From Thermoplasmata archaeon (GTDB taxonomy: Archaea > Thermoplasmatota > E2 > JACPAO01 > JAHFTW01): a stretch of 64,000 nt of DNA. A program made the position numbers and the translations under genes. Under the pieces are notes generated by a model that was not told the origin of the DNA, searched no databases, and was given only the letters and a program-made list of their open reading frames with translations. Where the stretch lies: contig JAXDQS010000010.1 of assembly GCA_034667725.1 (NCBI GenBank), positions 96,001-160,000 on the forward strand, read 5' to 3'. Positions 18,888 through 28,246 of this stretch are shown one piece after another; position 1 is the stretch's first letter, and each line of letters opens with the position of its first letter.

Positions 18888-20377
18888 AGCGCGCCGTGGT
18901 GCGCGGCGTCCTCGGCGTCTCGCGCCTTGCCGGCCGCTTCGTGCTGCGCTCGGGCCTCGCGCTGCGGCTGGTGCTGCGGCCGGGCCACGAGGCGGCGCGC
19001 TGGCGCATCGGCGCCTGGCAGGCGTGGGGCGCCTACGAGCTGGCCCGCCGCGAGGTGCCGGCCTACCGGGACTTCCTGGCGCGGCACGGCGACCCCGAGG
19101 TGCCGTTCCGGGGCTGGATCCCGGACCTGTCGGTGGTGCCGGTCACGGACAAGGGCAACTACGTCAAGGCGTTCTCGATCGAGGCGCGCTGCAAGGGCGG
19201 CGCCATCCCCGGCAAGGGCGTCATGGTGGACGAGTCCTCCGGCACCAGCGGGATGCCCAACAACTGGGTGCGCGGGCGGGCCGAGCGCGACGCCGTGACC
19301 CGCATCCTGCAACTGGCCATGCGCCACCAGTTCGGGGACAAGCCCATCTTCGTCCTCAACGCCTTCGCGCTCGGGCCGTGGGCCACGGGCATGAACGTCT
19401 CGATGTCCGTCGTGGACATCGCGATCTTGAAGTCGACGGGGCCGGACCTGGAGAAGATCGCCAACACGCTGCGGCTGTTCGGGCCGTCGTACCGCTACGT
19501 CGTGATGGGCTACCCGCCGTTTCTGAAGGCGCTCGCGGACATGGACCTCGACTGGGGACGGCACGACGTGACCGCCATCTTCGGCGGCGAAGGCCTGAGC
19601 GAGGGCGCCCGCGACTACCTGCTGCAACGGTTCCGCAAGGTGTACGGCTCGTACGGAGCCTCCGACCTGGAGATCAACCTCGCCGCCGAGAACGACTACA
19701 CCATCGGGTTGCGCCGCCTGCTGGAGGCCGAGCCCGCCCTGCGCGAGCGCATCGCCCGCCCCGGCCCGCTGCCGATGGTGTTCCAGTACAACCCGCTCGA
19801 CACCTTCGTCGAGACCAACGCCGACGGCGAGCTGGTCGTGACCTTGACGCGGCCGGCCAACATCGCCCCCAAGATCCGCTACAACATCCACGACCTCGGC
19901 CACGTCGTGCGCGTCCCCGACCTCCTGGCCGCGCTGCGCGGGCTTGGGCTCGAAGGCCGCCTGCCGCCGCTGCCGTCGGAGCTGCCGCTGCTGTTCCATT
20001 ACGGCCGCAGCGACCAGGCCGTCGCCTACTACGGCTGCAAGCTGGCCCCCGCCGACGTCGAGCAGGCCATCTTCCGCACCGCGGGGCTGTCCGAGCGCAT
20101 CACCTCGTTCGCCCTGCTGGTGGCCGAGGAGGCGGGCGGCGACAAGCGCCTCACCGTCGCCCTGGAGTCGCGCCCCGGCACGCCGCCGCCCGCCGACCTG
20201 GAGGCCGTCCGGGCCGCGCTGTTCGTGAGCCTCGCCGCCGTCAACCAGGACTTCCGCGAGTCCATCCGCATGGTGCCCGCGGGCCTGGAGCCGCAGGTCG
20301 CGTTCCACGCTGCTGGCGCCGGCCCGTTCGAGGGGCACGACATCCGCCTCAAGCGGCGCTACATCCAGCCGCAGTAG
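18884..20377 (+). CDS. Phenylacetate-CoA ligase (PaaK/CapK)-like adenylating enzyme
   Basis: VPAYRDFL, DESSGTSG P-loop, GYPP, GGEG, YGASD, IRYNIHD, GRSD; GTGA overlap with upstream gene. Confidence 0.85.
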   Translation: MKRAVVRGVLGVSRLAGRFVLRSGLALRLVLRPGHEAARWRIGAWQAWGAYELARREVPAYRDFLARHGDPEVPFRGWIPDLSVVPVTDKGNYVKAFSIEARCKGGAIPGKGVMVDESSGTSGMPNNWVRGRAERDAVTRILQLAMRHQFGDKPIFVLNAFALGPWATGMNVSMSVVDIAILKSTGPDLEKIANTLRLFGPSYRYVVMGYPPFLKALADMDLDWGRHDVTAIFGGEGLSEGARDYLLQRFRKVYGSYGASDLEINLAAENDYTIGLRRLLEAEPALRERIARPGPLPMVFQYNPLDTFVETNADGELVVTLTRPANIAPKIRYNIHDLGHVVRVPDLLAALRGLGLEGRLPPLPSELPLLFHYGRSDQAVAYYGCKLAPADVEQAIFRTAGLSERITSFALLVAEEAGGDKRLTVALESRPGTPPPADLEAVRAALFVSLAAVNQDFRESIRMVPAGLEPQVAFHAAGAGPFEGHDIRLKRRYIQPQ

Positions 20378-20389
20378 CCGGCCGCCGGT

Positions 20390-21493
20390 TCAGCCTGGGG
20401 CGAGCTTGTGCACCGTGCCGCCGAGCCCGACGAGATAGAGCTCGCCGGCCGCGTCCTCCCCGAACGAGCTGACCGGGAACCCCGTCGTCAAGAGCGGCCG
20501 CATCCCGGTGCCGGTGGCGGCGTCGAGCCCCCACACCTCGCCCGAGGCGTAGTCCGCGAACAGGTAGGTCCCTTGCAGGCTTGGGATGGCTTGGCCGCGG
20601 TAGACGTAGCCGCCGGTCACCGCCTGGCGGTTGTTCGAGTGGTCGTACTCCGCGACCGGCAGGACGTGGCCCGGCGCGTCGCCGGCCTCGTGGCGGTGCG
20701 TGCCCTCGAACGCGTCCCAGCCGAAGTTGAGCCCCTTCTGCCCGGCGCGCGCGACGTCGACCTCCTCCCACGCGCCCTGCCCGACGTCGCCGATCCACAG
20801 GTCGCCGTTGGCGCGGTCGAAGCTGAAGCGCCACGGGTTCCGCAGGCCATAGTGCCAGACCTCGTCGCGGCCCGCCGTCCCCACGAACGGGTTGTCGGCG
20901 GGGGCCAGGCTGTCGCCGTCCACGTCCAGGCGCAGGATCTTGCCCAGGCGAGACTCCAGGTCCTGCGCGCGGTCGTCCGGGTCGCCGCCCCCGCCGCCGT
21001 CGCCCAAGGCAAGGTAGAGCATGCCGTCGGGCCCGAACGCCAGCATCCCGCCGTTGTGGTTGCTGTAGGGCTGCGCCTCGGCCAGAAGCTCGCGGCGGAA
21101 CACCGCCAACCCTTGCACGACGGCGTACTCGTGGACCCGCGTGTCGCCGCCGGCGTCGGTGAAGTGCACGTAGAAGCGTGCGTCGCCGTCCGCGAGCCGG
21201 GGGTGGAACGCGAGGCCCAGCAAGCCCTGCTCGCCGCCGCGCGAGACTTGGGCCGACAGGTCGAGGAACGTGCTGCGCTCGCCGCCCTGGACGCGGATCA
21301 CGGTGCCGCCCTGCTCCGCCACGAAGAAGCTGCCCAGCGCCGGCTCCTCCAGGAAGAACACGGGGCTCGCAAGGCCGTCCAGCACGGGCGCCAGCGCCAA
21401 GCCGCCCTCGATGGTGCCCGGAGGCAGCGGGTCGGGCGACCGGGCGCAGCCGGCCAACAGCAGGACGAGGGCGGCGACGGCGGCCACGCGCAC
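20390..21493 (-). CDS. PQQ-dependent sugar dehydrogenase (soluble GDH type) lipoprotein
   Basis: LAGC lipobox; GEQGLLGLAFHP, NHNGG..FGPDG.LY..GDGG, GLRNPWRFSFD. Confidence 0.92.
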   Translation of the reverse strand: MRVAAVAALVLLLAGCARSPDPLPPGTIEGGLALAPVLDGLASPVFFLEEPALGSFFVAEQGGTVIRVQGGERSTFLDLSAQVSRGGEQGLLGLAFHPRLADGDARFYVHFTDAGGDTRVHEYAVVQGLAVFRRELLAEAQPYSNHNGGMLAFGPDGMLYLALGDGGGGGDPDDRAQDLESRLGKILRLDVDGDSLAPADNPFVGTAGRDEVWHYGLRNPWRFSFDRANGDLWIGDVGQGAWEEVDVARAGQKGLNFGWDAFEGTHRHEAGDAPGHVLPVAEYDHSNNRQAVTGGYVYRGQAIPSLQGTYLFADYASGEVWGLDAATGTGMRPLLTTGFPVSSFGEDAAGELYLVGLGGTVHKLAPG

Positions 21494-21533
21494 GCGAGCC
21501 GAAGGCCGCGGCGGCGGGTTGGACCTTTCGCTC

Positions 21534-22892
21534 TCAGCTCACGACGACGGTGCCGACCATGCCGAGGCCATAGTGGCCCGGCACGTTGCACCACATGTCG
21601 TAGCGGCCGGCCGGCAACTGCACCAGGAACGGCCCGCTCGAGCCCGGCGACACGGCGTCCGGCGACTGCGCGAGAATCTGCTGCTCGCCCTTGCCGTCCC
21701 AGTGGCCGATGAACAGGTTGTGGACGGCGCTGTGGGTGTTGACGGGCTCGACGAGGTAGCGCTCGTTGGCCTTCAGCTTGATCTCGGGCGGCAGCAGCTT
21801 GAAGGGGCCCAGCTCGACCTTGAGCTGCTTGGCCGTGACGCCGGTGAAGGTCACGGCGGGGCCTTGGTTGGCGAACACGGTGTAGTTGCCCGCGTCCGGG
21901 ACGGTGATGTTGAAGAACGTGTCCGTGCGCGTGTTGGCCGGGATGGTCTTGACGCGGCCGAAGGGACCGGTGAAGGACACGTCGCGGCCGGTGGGCTGCA
22001 GGTCGAACTTGAGGCAGGTGCCGGCCACCACGGTCTGGTCCGCGATGGGGTTGCCGTCCGTGCCCAAGAGGCGGTTGTCGGCGCCGAGCGTGACCTTGAA
22101 GGTCTGCTGGATCGACTGGCCGAGGCAGGCCATGCGCCCGGCCTTCCAGTGGACGAACTCCTCCTGCGACACCGCGGTGATGTGGGCGCGCATGTAGGCG
22201 TGGCCCGGGTTGAGGCACATCTCGCGGCACTGCACCTGGTACTCGCCGGCGGGGAAAATGACCGGCTGGCGGGCATACTTGTTGGAGCCCAGCGGGTTGG
22301 CGTCGTTCATCATGACGAAGCCATGGTTGGCGTCCGCCACGTGGAAGGCGTGGATCACGTCGGAGGAGGTGATGTTGAACATGAGCGGCGTGTCGGCCGG
22401 CACCACGAAGGCGTTCTCCGGCTTGACGGCGCCCGACTGGGGGTCCGGCGACGAGGCGACCTTGAGGCCGTCGCCGTAGTCCATCTCCCAGTTGTACTGG
22501 CTGCCCGTGATGCGCAATTCCGGCGCGCCGGTGGTGTCGATGTCGTGGTCGAGCGCCACCATGCCGCCGTAGGCCGCGTAGCCGATGTAGAGCACCATCG
22601 CGAGCGGCACCAAGGTCCAAGCCAGCTCGGCGCCGAGGCTGTGGCGCTCCTTCTCGTGGGTGGCGCGGCCGTGGCCGGTGCCCGCGCGGAAGCGGACGAT
22701 CACGACCACCAGCCAGACGAAGACGATGAGGAAGATCACGATCCCCATGACCGTGACGGTGCTGTAGATGTCCGCGACCACCTGGCCGCGGCCGTTGTTC
22801 TCCACGGGCTCCGGCAGGCCGAAGGCGGCGGAGGCCAGCGGCGCCAGCAGGACGCACAGGAGGGCGGTGGCGGCGGCGAGGAGAATCCGCAT
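21534..22892 (-). CDS. coxB: Cytochrome c oxidase subunit II with extra C-terminal cupredoxin domains
   Basis: Two TM helices with ELAWT, GSQYNW, DVIHAF, CuA-like CREMCLNPGHAYM; C-terminal HNL...CNVPGHYGLGM type-1 Cu motif. Confidence 0.9.
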   Translation of the reverse strand: MRILLAAATALLCVLLAPLASAAFGLPEPVENNGRGQVVADIYSTVTVMGIVIFLIVFVWLVVVIVRFRAGTGHGRATHEKERHSLGAELAWTLVPLAMVLYIGYAAYGGMVALDHDIDTTGAPELRITGSQYNWEMDYGDGLKVASSPDPQSGAVKPENAFVVPADTPLMFNITSSDVIHAFHVADANHGFVMMNDANPLGSNKYARQPVIFPAGEYQVQCREMCLNPGHAYMRAHITAVSQEEFVHWKAGRMACLGQSIQQTFKVTLGADNRLLGTDGNPIADQTVVAGTCLKFDLQPTGRDVSFTGPFGRVKTIPANTRTDTFFNITVPDAGNYTVFANQGPAVTFTGVTAKQLKVELGPFKLLPPEIKLKANERYLVEPVNTHSAVHNLFIGHWDGKGEQQILAQSPDAVSPGSSGPFLVQLPAGRYDMWCNVPGHYGLGMVGTVVVS

Positions 22893-22957
22893 GCTCGTCG
22901 CGGGCGCCGACCCTGGCGCCATCCAAAAGGGTTCGGATTGCCTGGTGCCCCATCCGG

Positions 22958-23470
22958 CGAGCATGGATTCGCTCAGATTCAGAGGGTTCCCACAGAGGTC
23001 TGTGCATTTTTTGGCTAGGCCCAGCCAACTCCAAAGGCAGGGTCTGTGGAATCTAGCACCCGTCGGGCCCTGATTCCCTCCGATTCGGAAGATGCCACAG
23101 ATCATCTGTGGAATTTTGGCTAGGCCCTGCCAACTCTAAAGCCAGGGTCTGTGGAATCTGTGTGCGTCGGGCGCCCGACGAGCACTGATTCCCTCAGATT
23201 CGGAAGATTCCCACAGACCCTATGTGGAATTCTGTTCCTAGGCCCCGCCAGAACCAAAGCCAGGGTCTGTGGAATCGGTGTGCGTGGGGCCCTGACGAGC
23301 ACTGATTTGCACAGATTCGGAAGATTCCCACAGGCCATCTGCGGAATTTTCTAGCTAGGCGCCGCCACATCCAATGTCGGGGTCCGTGGAATCTGTGTGC
23401 GTGGGGTCCCTGACGGGCACCGATTCCCAGATTCGGAAGATTCCCACAGAACTCTGTGGAATCTGTGTCC
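22958..23470 (+). repeat. Family A array 1: ~4.5 tandem ~118-bp palindromic units
   Basis: Recurring GCACYGATT..CAGATTCGGAAGATTCCCACAGA-N2-4-TCTGTGGAATT...CTAGGC...GGGTCTGTGGAATCTGTGTGCGT; unit starts 23182, 23299, 23417. Confidence 0.95.
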
Positions 23471-23554
23471 CGGCGGGCATTGGCGGACGGTCGTCGGTGT
23501 TTCAGGGGGGTTCCAGCACCGTTTTGAAGGGCACCGGTGTGGCGCGCGCCGTCC

Positions 23555-25204
23555 ATGGTCGCGGCCCAGTACGTGATCGCTGCTGAAACCCACAAGCGCC
23601 GTGGCCTGTCGCGTTGGCTCACCACCACCGACCACAAGGAGATCGGCCTGATGTACCTCTGGGCCGGCTTCGTGTTCTTCATCCTGGGCGGCATCGCGGC
23701 CCTCCTGATGCGCCTGGAGCTCTACTCGCCGGGCGAGCAGATGATCACGGGCGAGTCGTTCAACGAGCTGTTCTCGCTGCACGGCACCACCATGGTGTTC
23801 CTGTGGATCATGCCCGCCCTGGCCGGCCTGGGCAACTACTTCGTGCCCATCATGGTCAAGGCGAAGGACATGGCGTTCCCCCGCGTCAACGCCCTGTCGT
23901 TCTGGCTCATCCCGCCCGCGGGCATCCTGCTGTACCTGCCGCTCATCCTGTCCGGGATGCGCGCGGTCAACGTCACCTGGGTCGGCCACGCACCGCTCTC
24001 GACCATGACGCAGAACCCCGGCCTCGACATGTGGCTCCTGGCCTTGGTGCTGCTGGGCATCGCCTCCACGCTGGGCAGCGTCAACTTCCTCGTCACCATC
24101 TTCAAGATGCGCGGCCCCGGCGTCCACCTGCACAACATGCCGCTGTTCGTGTGGGCCCAGCTTGCCACCTCGATCCTGCTGGTGTTCTCGCTGCCCGTCG
24201 TCACCGTCGCGTTCGGGATGCTGCTTCTGGACCGCAACTACGGCACCCACTTCTTCACCGGCTCGGCCACGGCGGAGCCCATCCTGTACCAGCACCTGTT
24301 CTGGTTCTTCGGCCATCCCGAAGTGTACGTGCTCATCCTGCCGCTCATGGGCGTCCTCAACGAGGTCATCCCCAAGTTCAGCCGCCGCCCGGTCTTCGGC
24401 TACACCTCGATGGCCTACGCCATGCTGGGCATCGCCATCGTCGGCTTCCTGGTGTGGGCGCACCACATGTTCACCACGGGCATCAACCCCACCGTGCGCG
24501 CCGTCTTCATGTTCAACACGATGCTGGTCGGCGTCCCCACCGGCATCAAGGTGTTCAACTGGCTCTCCACCATGTGGGGCGGCCAGCTCAGCCTCAAGGC
24601 CCCGATGAAGCACTGCCTCGGCTTCATCTGGCTGTTCGTGATCGGTGGCATCACCGGCGTCATGCTGGGCGCCATCCCGCTCGACTACCACCTGCACGAC
24701 TCCTACTTCGTGGTCGCGCACTTCCACTACACCATGGTGGGCGGCGCCGTGTTCGGCATCTTCGCGGGCATCTACTACTGGTACCCCATGCTGGCCGCCG
24801 GCCGGATGTACAACGAGCGCCTGGCAACCTGGCACTTCTGGCTGATGTTCGCCGGCTTCAACCTCACGTTCTTCCCGCAGTTCGTGATGGGCCTCTACGG
24901 GATGCCGCGCCGCATCTTCGACTACGACGGCAACATCCCGCACCTGGAGACGCTCAACCAGCTCTCGACCGTCGGCGCCTTCATGATCGCCGCCTCGATC
25001 GCGGTGTTCCTCTACAACGTCGCCTACAGCCACGCCAAGGACCTCCGCGTCACCCGCGACCCCTGGGGCGGCGCCCGCCACATCGAGTGGAAGCTGTGGG
25101 AGGAGGGGCGCGTCGTCCTCGGCCAAGGCCTCATCACCGACCACGAGCCCGAGCCCCTGCACGTGCAGGAGGCCCGCCGGCTGCGCGAGCTGGAGGCGGC
25201 CTAG
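23555..25204 (+). CDS. coxA: Cytochrome c oxidase subunit I (A1 type)
   Basis: TTDHKEIG, HGTTM, FWFFGHPEVY, VWAHHMF, HDSYFVVAHFHY, GMPRR. Confidence 0.97.
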   Translation: MVAAQYVIAAETHKRRGLSRWLTTTDHKEIGLMYLWAGFVFFILGGIAALLMRLELYSPGEQMITGESFNELFSLHGTTMVFLWIMPALAGLGNYFVPIMVKAKDMAFPRVNALSFWLIPPAGILLYLPLILSGMRAVNVTWVGHAPLSTMTQNPGLDMWLLALVLLGIASTLGSVNFLVTIFKMRGPGVHLHNMPLFVWAQLATSILLVFSLPVVTVAFGMLLLDRNYGTHFFTGSATAEPILYQHLFWFFGHPEVYVLILPLMGVLNEVIPKFSRRPVFGYTSMAYAMLGIAIVGFLVWAHHMFTTGINPTVRAVFMFNTMLVGVPTGIKVFNWLSTMWGGQLSLKAPMKHCLGFIWLFVIGGITGVMLGAIPLDYHLHDSYFVVAHFHYTMVGGAVFGIFAGIYYWYPMLAAGRMYNERLATWHFWLMFAGFNLTFFPQFVMGLYGMPRRIFDYDGNIPHLETLNQLSTVGAFMIAASIAVFLYNVAYSHAKDLRVTRDPWGGARHIEWKLWEEGRVVLGQGLITDHEPEPLHVQEARRLRELEAA

Positions 25205-26113
25205 ATGTCCATCTCGGTCCAGCGCGGCGAGGCCGTGGCCGCCGGCGGCCCCGAGCACGCCCAGCCCCATGAGATGCACCTGCCGCACGGCTCCTGGTGG
25301 CCGTTCATCCTGGCGGTCGCGATGGCCCTTCTGGGCATCGGCGTCCTGGTGTTCGGCAGCGGCTACAAGTCCTCGATGCACAAGGACATCGACCCCCTGA
25401 GCGGCATGGAGGTCGGCGAGGCCTACCGCCACTGGGGCGAGACCTACGTCGGCCTCGGCGTGCTCGTCCTCGGCGTCCTCGCGGTCGTCGGCGCGCTGGC
25501 CGGCTGGTTCGTCCAAGACCACAAGTGGTGGTGGCAGAACGTCGGCACCGGCACCCACATCCCGAAGGTCGGCGCCCTGCTGTTCATCAGCTCCGAGATC
25601 TTCCTGTTCGGCGCGCTGTTCGCGAACTACTTCACCTTCCAGAGCCTCAACGCCGGCCACTGGCCCGACGCCGAGCTCGAGCTGCCGCTCCTGAAGACCG
25701 GCATCTTCACGCTGTTCCTGTTCGCCTCGTCCGGCACCATCCACATGGCCGAGCACAACCTCAAGCGCGGCCACCACAAGGCGTTCGTCAACTGGTGGGG
25801 CCTCACCATCCTGCTGGGCGCGGTGTTCCTGGGCGGCCAGGTCATGGAGTACAGCAACCTCATCCACGAGGGCCACACCCTGGGCTCGTCGCAGTTCATC
25901 ACGGCGTTCTACATCCTGACCGGCGCCCACGGCCTGCACGTCTTCGGCGGCCTATGCCTCCTCCTGGTGATGTGGCTGCGCGCCCGCAAGGGCCAGTTCA
26001 CCCCCGAACGCCACGCCGGCCCGATGGTCGCCAGCATGTACTGGCACTTCGTCGACATCGTCTGGGTGTTCGTGTTCAGCATCCTCTACGTCGCGCCGCT
26101 GTTGGGGCACTAG
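25205..26113 (+). CDS. coxC: Cytochrome c oxidase subunit III
   Basis: FISSEIFLFGALF, FYILTGAHGLHV, YWHFVDIVW. Confidence 0.93.
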   Translation: MSISVQRGEAVAAGGPEHAQPHEMHLPHGSWWPFILAVAMALLGIGVLVFGSGYKSSMHKDIDPLSGMEVGEAYRHWGETYVGLGVLVLGVLAVVGALAGWFVQDHKWWWQNVGTGTHIPKVGALLFISSEIFLFGALFANYFTFQSLNAGHWPDAELELPLLKTGIFTLFLFASSGTIHMAEHNLKRGHHKAFVNWWGLTILLGAVFLGGQVMEYSNLIHEGHTLGSSQFITAFYILTGAHGLHVFGGLCLLLVMWLRARKGQFTPERHAGPMVASMYWHFVDIVWVFVFSILYVAPLLGH

Positions 26114-26341
26114 ATGGGCGAGCGCGCCAAGGTCCGCAACCTGGTGCGGTTCGTGGCGCTGTTCGTCGCCGTTCCCACCCTCACCATCGGCGCCACCATG
26201 GCGGTCTGGGACCCGGTCAGCCACAGCTGGCATATGGTGCTGTTCCTGATCCTGGGAGCCGCCGCGCTGGGCGTCATGGCGCTGGCGCCCCGGCTGGCGG
26301 CGCGATGGGTGCCCGAGGACGCCGACGCAGAAGGCGCCTGA
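26114..26341 (+). CDS. Small 2-TM protein abutting coxC (possible oxidase small subunit)
   Basis: Starts directly after the coxC stop; two hydrophobic helices. Confidence 0.55.
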   Translation: MGERAKVRNLVRFVALFVAVPTLTIGATMAVWDPVSHSWHMVLFLILGAAALGVMALAPRLAARWVPEDADAEGA

Positions 26342-26364
26342 AGCCACGGACGGACGGCCACCGC

Positions 26365-26579
26365 CCGACTGGACCACGGGTCCACAGAGCGCCCCTCCTG
26401 GGCACAGATTCCACAGAATCCAGGCTTTGGATCTGGCGGGGCCTAGGAACAGAATTCCACAGACCGTCTGTGGGAATCTTCCGAATCTGGGCGAATCGGT
26501 GCCCGTCGGGCGCCCGACGCACACAGACTCCACAGACCTCGGTGAGAATCTTCCGAATCTGAGCGAATCAGTGCTCGTC
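26365..26579 (-). repeat. Family A array 2 (~1.5-2 units, reverse orientation)
   Basis: TCTGTGGGAATCTTCCGAATCTG, CGTCGGGCGCCCGACG, terminal CCGACTGGACC. Confidence 0.9.
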
Positions 26580-26671
26580 TGGGAGCATGGCCGCCATGTT
26601 CCCGCTTCGGCCATTCCCGCCGTCATCCGGCTACAAGAACGGTTAAACCCGCGAAACCAGCGCTCGGGGCC

Positions 26672-27844
26672 ATGCGCAACGGCGTCCTCGCCCTCGCCGC
26701 CTTGGCTTGCATGGCCTTGGCCGGCTGCACGGGCGGCACCGACGAGCCCACCCTCACGACCCAGGCCGTTCGGCAACTGGACGAAGGCGTCGACCGCGTG
26801 GACGTCCCGCTGCTGCCCCGCGAGGCGCCTGCCCCCGGCACCCGCACGACGGCCGCGCCCCCCGAGTGGCGCCTGGGCGAATTCTGGGAGTACGCGATCA
26901 CCGATCACTTCGCGGGCAACACCATCACGACGACCCGGGTCGTGGCCGGCACGGACGGCGGCAACTACCTCGTCGGCTTCCCGCTGGAGGCGTTCGACAA
27001 TGACGTGCTCATCTTCCACATGCCCGGCTACGGCGACGTCAGCCAGGCGGACCTGAGCTTCGAGGCCCACGACGTCGTCTATGCGCCCTTGAAGTTCCCG
27101 CTCACGGCCGGCGAGTCCTGGCCCACCGCGTGGGAAGGCATCTCCGGCACGGCCACCGTCCTGTCCGCGACCCCGCAGCAGGCGGAAGTGCGCATCGTCG
27201 CCGACAACGGCGGCTACGACATCACCGCCACCTACGACGCCGAGATGGGCGAGATCATCAAGGTCGCCTACCCCGGCTACATGGACTACGAAGTCACCCG
27301 GCACGGCTACGGCTACACGGGCCTGGTGCGCGTCCCGCACGCCCACGACCTGGTGTTCCAGAACGGCCGCCTCGGCCCGTGGGACATTCAGCAGAACATC
27401 GTCCAGGACGCCGTCCCCGCCGACCTGCAGGACACGGTGGAGGTCGGCCCCGGCTACGACCGCCTCGCCTTCACCATCATCGTGGGCGGCGGCCCAAGCC
27501 TCCTGGTCCCCGAGGCCCAAGGCACGCCCAGCGGCGGCTACTTCAAGGAGACCGTCACCGCGCCCAACGGCACCGTGTTCATGCTCGAGCAACTGCCCAA
27601 CGAGACCGGCCTCAAAATCCAGTTCTTCGGCACCGGCGACCCCGTCGGCACCTGGACCCTCGACCACCAGGCCGGCGGCGCAGGCATCGTGCTGACCGAA
27701 GGCATCGGCTACCACTCCATCGACATCGAGCTGCCAAGCGGCTGCGTCCTGCGGTCCCAGAACGCCCTGCACCACACCACGCTCTGCAAGGCCGACGAGC
27801 AGGGCCAAGCCCAAATGGCGGCCACCACGTCCACGGCGGCGTGA
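26672..27844 (+). CDS. Hypothetical lipoprotein
   Basis: ALAGC lipobox; PEWRLGEFWEY motif, beta-rich; GGTTAAA box upstream. Confidence 0.75.
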   Translation: MRNGVLALAALACMALAGCTGGTDEPTLTTQAVRQLDEGVDRVDVPLLPREAPAPGTRTTAAPPEWRLGEFWEYAITDHFAGNTITTTRVVAGTDGGNYLVGFPLEAFDNDVLIFHMPGYGDVSQADLSFEAHDVVYAPLKFPLTAGESWPTAWEGISGTATVLSATPQQAEVRIVADNGGYDITATYDAEMGEIIKVAYPGYMDYEVTRHGYGYTGLVRVPHAHDLVFQNGRLGPWDIQQNIVQDAVPADLQDTVEVGPGYDRLAFTIIVGGGPSLLVPEAQGTPSGGYFKETVTAPNGTVFMLEQLPNETGLKIQFFGTGDPVGTWTLDHQAGGAGIVLTEGIGYHSIDIELPSGCVLRSQNALHHTTLCKADEQGQAQMAATTSTAA

Positions 27845-28245
27845 CGGGCCCGCTCAACCTCAAGCGCCACCCCAAGGCCGTCCCCATCCAGGACGTGGCG
27901 GGCCACCCCGCCTTCGCCGAGGGGATTCGCCTGTTCAACCACGGCGAGCACTGGCACGCCCACGAGGCGCTGGAGCCGGTCTGGATGGGCCTGGAAGGCG
28001 ACGACAAGCTGGCCGTCCAAGCCATCATCATGGCGGCCGCGATGCTGGTGCAGTACGGCAAGCGGATCGAGCGCGGGGTCGCCAACCACTGGGCCAACGT
28101 CCGGGCTCGCGCCGAAGGCCGTGCGCCGACCTGGGGCGTGGACTACCCGGGGCTGCTGCGGCAGCTGGAGCCGTACGCGGAGGCGGCGGCGCGGCACGAG
28201 TGGGGGCTGGACCCGAAGGCCGTGCAGATTGCCTGGAGCCGCTAG
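27841..28245 (+). CDS. DUF309 family protein
   Basis: GIRLFNHGEHWHAHEALEPVW; GTGA overlap. Confidence 0.85.
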   Translation: MTGPLNLKRHPKAVPIQDVAGHPAFAEGIRLFNHGEHWHAHEALEPVWMGLEGDDKLAVQAIIMAAAMLVQYGKRIERGVANHWANVRARAEGRAPTWGVDYPGLLRQLEPYAEAAARHEWGLDPKAVQIAWSR

Positions 28246-28246
28246 G

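Noticed and set aside
22893-23105. N-terminal extension of CoxB in the ORF track (start 23105)
   Set aside because: It runs into array 1. The signal peptide begins at ATG 22892 with a TATA-like box ~30 nt upstream.
22958-23470. Family A arrays as CRISPR or other guide-RNA (TIGR-like) arrays
   Set aside because: The sequence between the conserved cores is itself conserved and shared between loci, so there are no unique spacers. The period is ~118 bp, and no cas or Nop-domain effector gene is in the window.
23120-23694. Short ORFs over the arrays with recurring peptides (CGNLPNL, RFGRFPQ, WESSESE)
   Set aside because: These are translations of the DNA repeat. Unit lengths and indels do not preserve frame, and codon usage is unlike host genes.
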